Assembly: GCA_002104905.1 (NCBI GenBank)
Contig: MCFE01000242.1
Span: 1 to 64,000, forward strand
Length of the DNA stretch: 64,000 nt
Origin: Basidiobolus meristosporus CBS 931.73
Lineage: Eukaryota; Fungi; Basidiobolomycota
Reading direction: 5' to 3'
The notes below the pieces were generated by a model, which was not told where the DNA came from, ran no database searches, and saw nothing but the letters and a program-made list of their open reading frames with translations. Position 1 is the stretch's first letter. Every line of letters begins with the position of its first letter. Below are positions 62,644 to 64,000 of the stretch, piece after piece. The position numbers and the translations under genes were made by a program.

Positions 62644-63026
62644 TTATGTACAATACCCGAGGTAAAAAAGGTCACTATATACATTGATAAGAGCGTCGAG
62701 GGAGGTATTTACCGATTGTGTATGATGTGCTCAGCGAAGGTATTTTACCGATGGTAAGTGGCTCCTGAGTATGGACATCTTTCATTCAGCAACATGTATC
62801 TCAGAAGCAATTGTTCATAATGAACAGCAAGTGAACGGTGGTATGCGATCTCCGAGCGACCATTTTCATCGTCATGGGGTATCAAGCTACTGCTCTCGCT
62901 AGAGAATAAGTCGTGTGGTAGTGTTTGGGCACTGAACTTATAGGGGTTTTCGGGTAAAACAATAGAGAGGCTTTTTCCTCCCCTGTTTACCGGTGGAGAG
63001 ACTGGAAGAGTATGACAAAGTAGCAT
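62644..63026 (-). CDS. Small hypothetical protein (~102 aa, 2 exons)
   Basis: 93-codon ATG ORF followed by a GT..AG intron giving ..YHRDLFYLGYCT*; no recognisable domain. Confidence 0.35.
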
Positions 63027-64000
63027 CGTTGTTGGATGAAATGTGATATCTAGGATACGTAGTGTTTGTTGTATGTATGTCTCGACCTTGCTCTTACTCG
63101 CGTATTTATAGCATTCACCTAATAACCATTACATCACCTGTCAAAGGTGATCAACCCAAGATCAATTCCCATTTGTTGGCTTCTACAATGGTCGCGGCTA
63201 AATACGCTTAAGTATAATTAGATGGCTCATAGGCAATGTGGCTCAGCACAGACCACGATAAATCCATGTTCATCAACTTTATAATTAGACGGCACGATTT
63301 GCCTTGGAATGGATTAATAATGAAGTCATATTCTAGAAATGCATGATCAGAAGTCTCTACGAGAATTGGCGGATTGCGGTACTGTCACATGGGGTGAGCG
63401 TTTACATTACAAGTATTTTCGACATGGATGATATGTCATGCTGATTTGCAAATCATTACCTGAGCTCCTATGCAATCAGGGTTAGTTCTTCGTTAATAGT
63501 TGATTAAATTTAGGAATTATTTGCAAGTTTGGAGTCAACAGAAATTTGCTATATTGAGATTGACAACCAGGTGCATTTAACGACAGGTCCTTTCGTTGTT
63601 TCTTTCAGCCTAATTATATTTCTCGAAGTTTGGTTTCCTCTATTCTTATTGCCCCTTGTCTTCCACGCCATAATCTACACGTCTCTAAGTGAAGATTATG
63701 GATCTGTTCTAAATCATCTATTGTCAAGATTATGGATAATGCTTATGAACTACCCTTTCGGGCGGACATCTCTGAGGTCGAACTTTCTAAATCGGTATTG
63801 TATTTACGTGTTTATTTTGCTCCTACCGCCTTCAATATGTACTCTGCACCGAATGATCCAGCTAATCGACATCCTGGCTTTCAATTTAGCCCAATATAAT
63901 TGAATTAAGATCCGAAATGTCAAAATCTCGAGAAGAGCAGATAAAGTTGTGATGCGAATGGCTCAGTTGCCCTTTGATACAAGATCTTCTTATGCGGTTT

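Noticed and set aside
63529-63903. 124-aa hydrophobic ORF
   Set aside because: TTG start in AT-rich sequence, where hydrophobicity follows from T-richness; no motif.

Overview
Eukaryotic, intron-rich genomic DNA from an early-diverging fungus (short GT-AG introns with ctaac/ctgac branch sites; a Basidiobolus/Mucoromycota-like source is an inference). Positions ~1-3750 are a strongly CpG-depleted block of nested transposon remnants: a Ty3/gypsy chromovirus end, a Ty1/copia RT-RNaseH split into three pieces, a ~720-bp fold-back and a ~320-bp dispersed repeat. The rest is gene-dense with ~24 genes: two convergent paralogous homeobox genes, Sec7-PH ARF-GEF, Pcl/Clg1-type cyclin, SCC3/STAG, a very divergent histone H2A-like gene, an orphan 2-TM Cys-rich protein, two 14-3-3 paralogs, LYR protein, membrane-anchored USP, importin-4, Myb factor, VPS29, GPI-anchored protein, ATG22, SAP/Tho1, a many-exon GFO/IDH/MocA gene missed by the ORF track, CHERP-like, ESA1, NUP84, EI24-like, F-box, HTATSF1/CUS2 and a La-family protein. 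The most notable items are three degenerate-function paralogs with largely intact gene structures: an apparently catalytically dead GFO/IDH/MocA protein, an H2A at ~32% identity to canonical H2A, and a La protein with a broken UUU-3'OH pocket. Several short intergenic tandem motif arrays are also present. No tRNA, rRNA or CRISPR array was found. Gene boundaries were spliced by hand and are approximate.
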